Part shown: positions 63,612 to 64,000 of the stretch, piece by piece | Layout: every line of letters starts with the position of its first letter | Position numbering within the stretch: position 1 is the first letter of the stretch | NCBI GenBank assembly: GCA_030141605.1 | Contig: JAQGDQ010000296.1 | Coordinates: 62,001-126,000, forward strand | Length of the DNA: 64,000 bases | Direction: 5' to 3' | Origin: Tubiluchus corallicola | Lineage: Eukaryota > Animalia > Priapulida | The notes under the pieces: model-generated | The model's input: the letters and a program-made list of their open reading frames with translations, nothing else | Told to the model about the DNA's origin: nothing | The model's database searches: none | Made by a program: the position numbers and the translations under genes

Positions 63612-64000
63612 GTGAGTATTAGTGTTACTGTAATACGAGCAATTATGTGAATGTTTTTAAAGGTTCTCAAAGTTGCCAACATTTTCTTAACAAATTACTA
63701 AAAGTTGCTTTGTTTTGATGTACATTTTGAATGTAAACAGTTTAGGTACAAAATTTGCTACATTTGTCAGTTTTGCCATGTAGGTTATGAAATAGCTTGG
63801 TTTCGCAATTCAAAAAATTTAATTTATAGAAAGGTAAAATGATTTGATACATGGACGTCAGTGTATCATCTTATTAAAGCTTAACTTTAACGTACAAGCA
63901 GTTTAATAATTTTAGTTTTACTGGTCGTAATTATAAGATTGTTACTCACATTCTTATTTCACTAGCAACTACTGTGGGGCAAAATTTCAATGCTGCTTTG

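Overview
This is AT-rich animal (invertebrate-like) genomic DNA, not prokaryotic. It holds two intron-rich genes arranged head-to-head. (1) A complete villin/advillin-family gene on the minus strand, which I assembled by hand into 23 GT-AG coding exons (ATG at 41784, stop at 6771; 2463 nt, 820 aa; six gelsolin repeats plus a headpiece). (2) The 5' part of an insulin receptor substrate (IRS/chico-like) gene on the plus strand: 10 coding exons from ATG 53054, encoding PH and PTB domains, RxRxxS sites and three YxxM motifs, running off the window end. Villin intron 9 carries a 4.37 kb LTR retrotransposon with 244-bp LTRs, a GGTT target-site duplication, a tRNA-Pro primer site and a polypurine tract. 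It has the unusual Gmr1-like order gag-PR-IN-[RT deleted]-RNaseH and two internal duplications. Also present are a decayed LINE in villin intron 15, a second decayed Gypsy pol remnant at about 1.1-1.9 kb, MITE-like fragments, minisatellites, tandem duplications and a 77-bp hairpin between the genes. Most short ORFs in the supplied track are noise or exon read-throughs. I did not find a clearly new multi-gene system. The best leads are the Gmr1-like element and its history, a candidate bidirectional promoter, and several splicing features.
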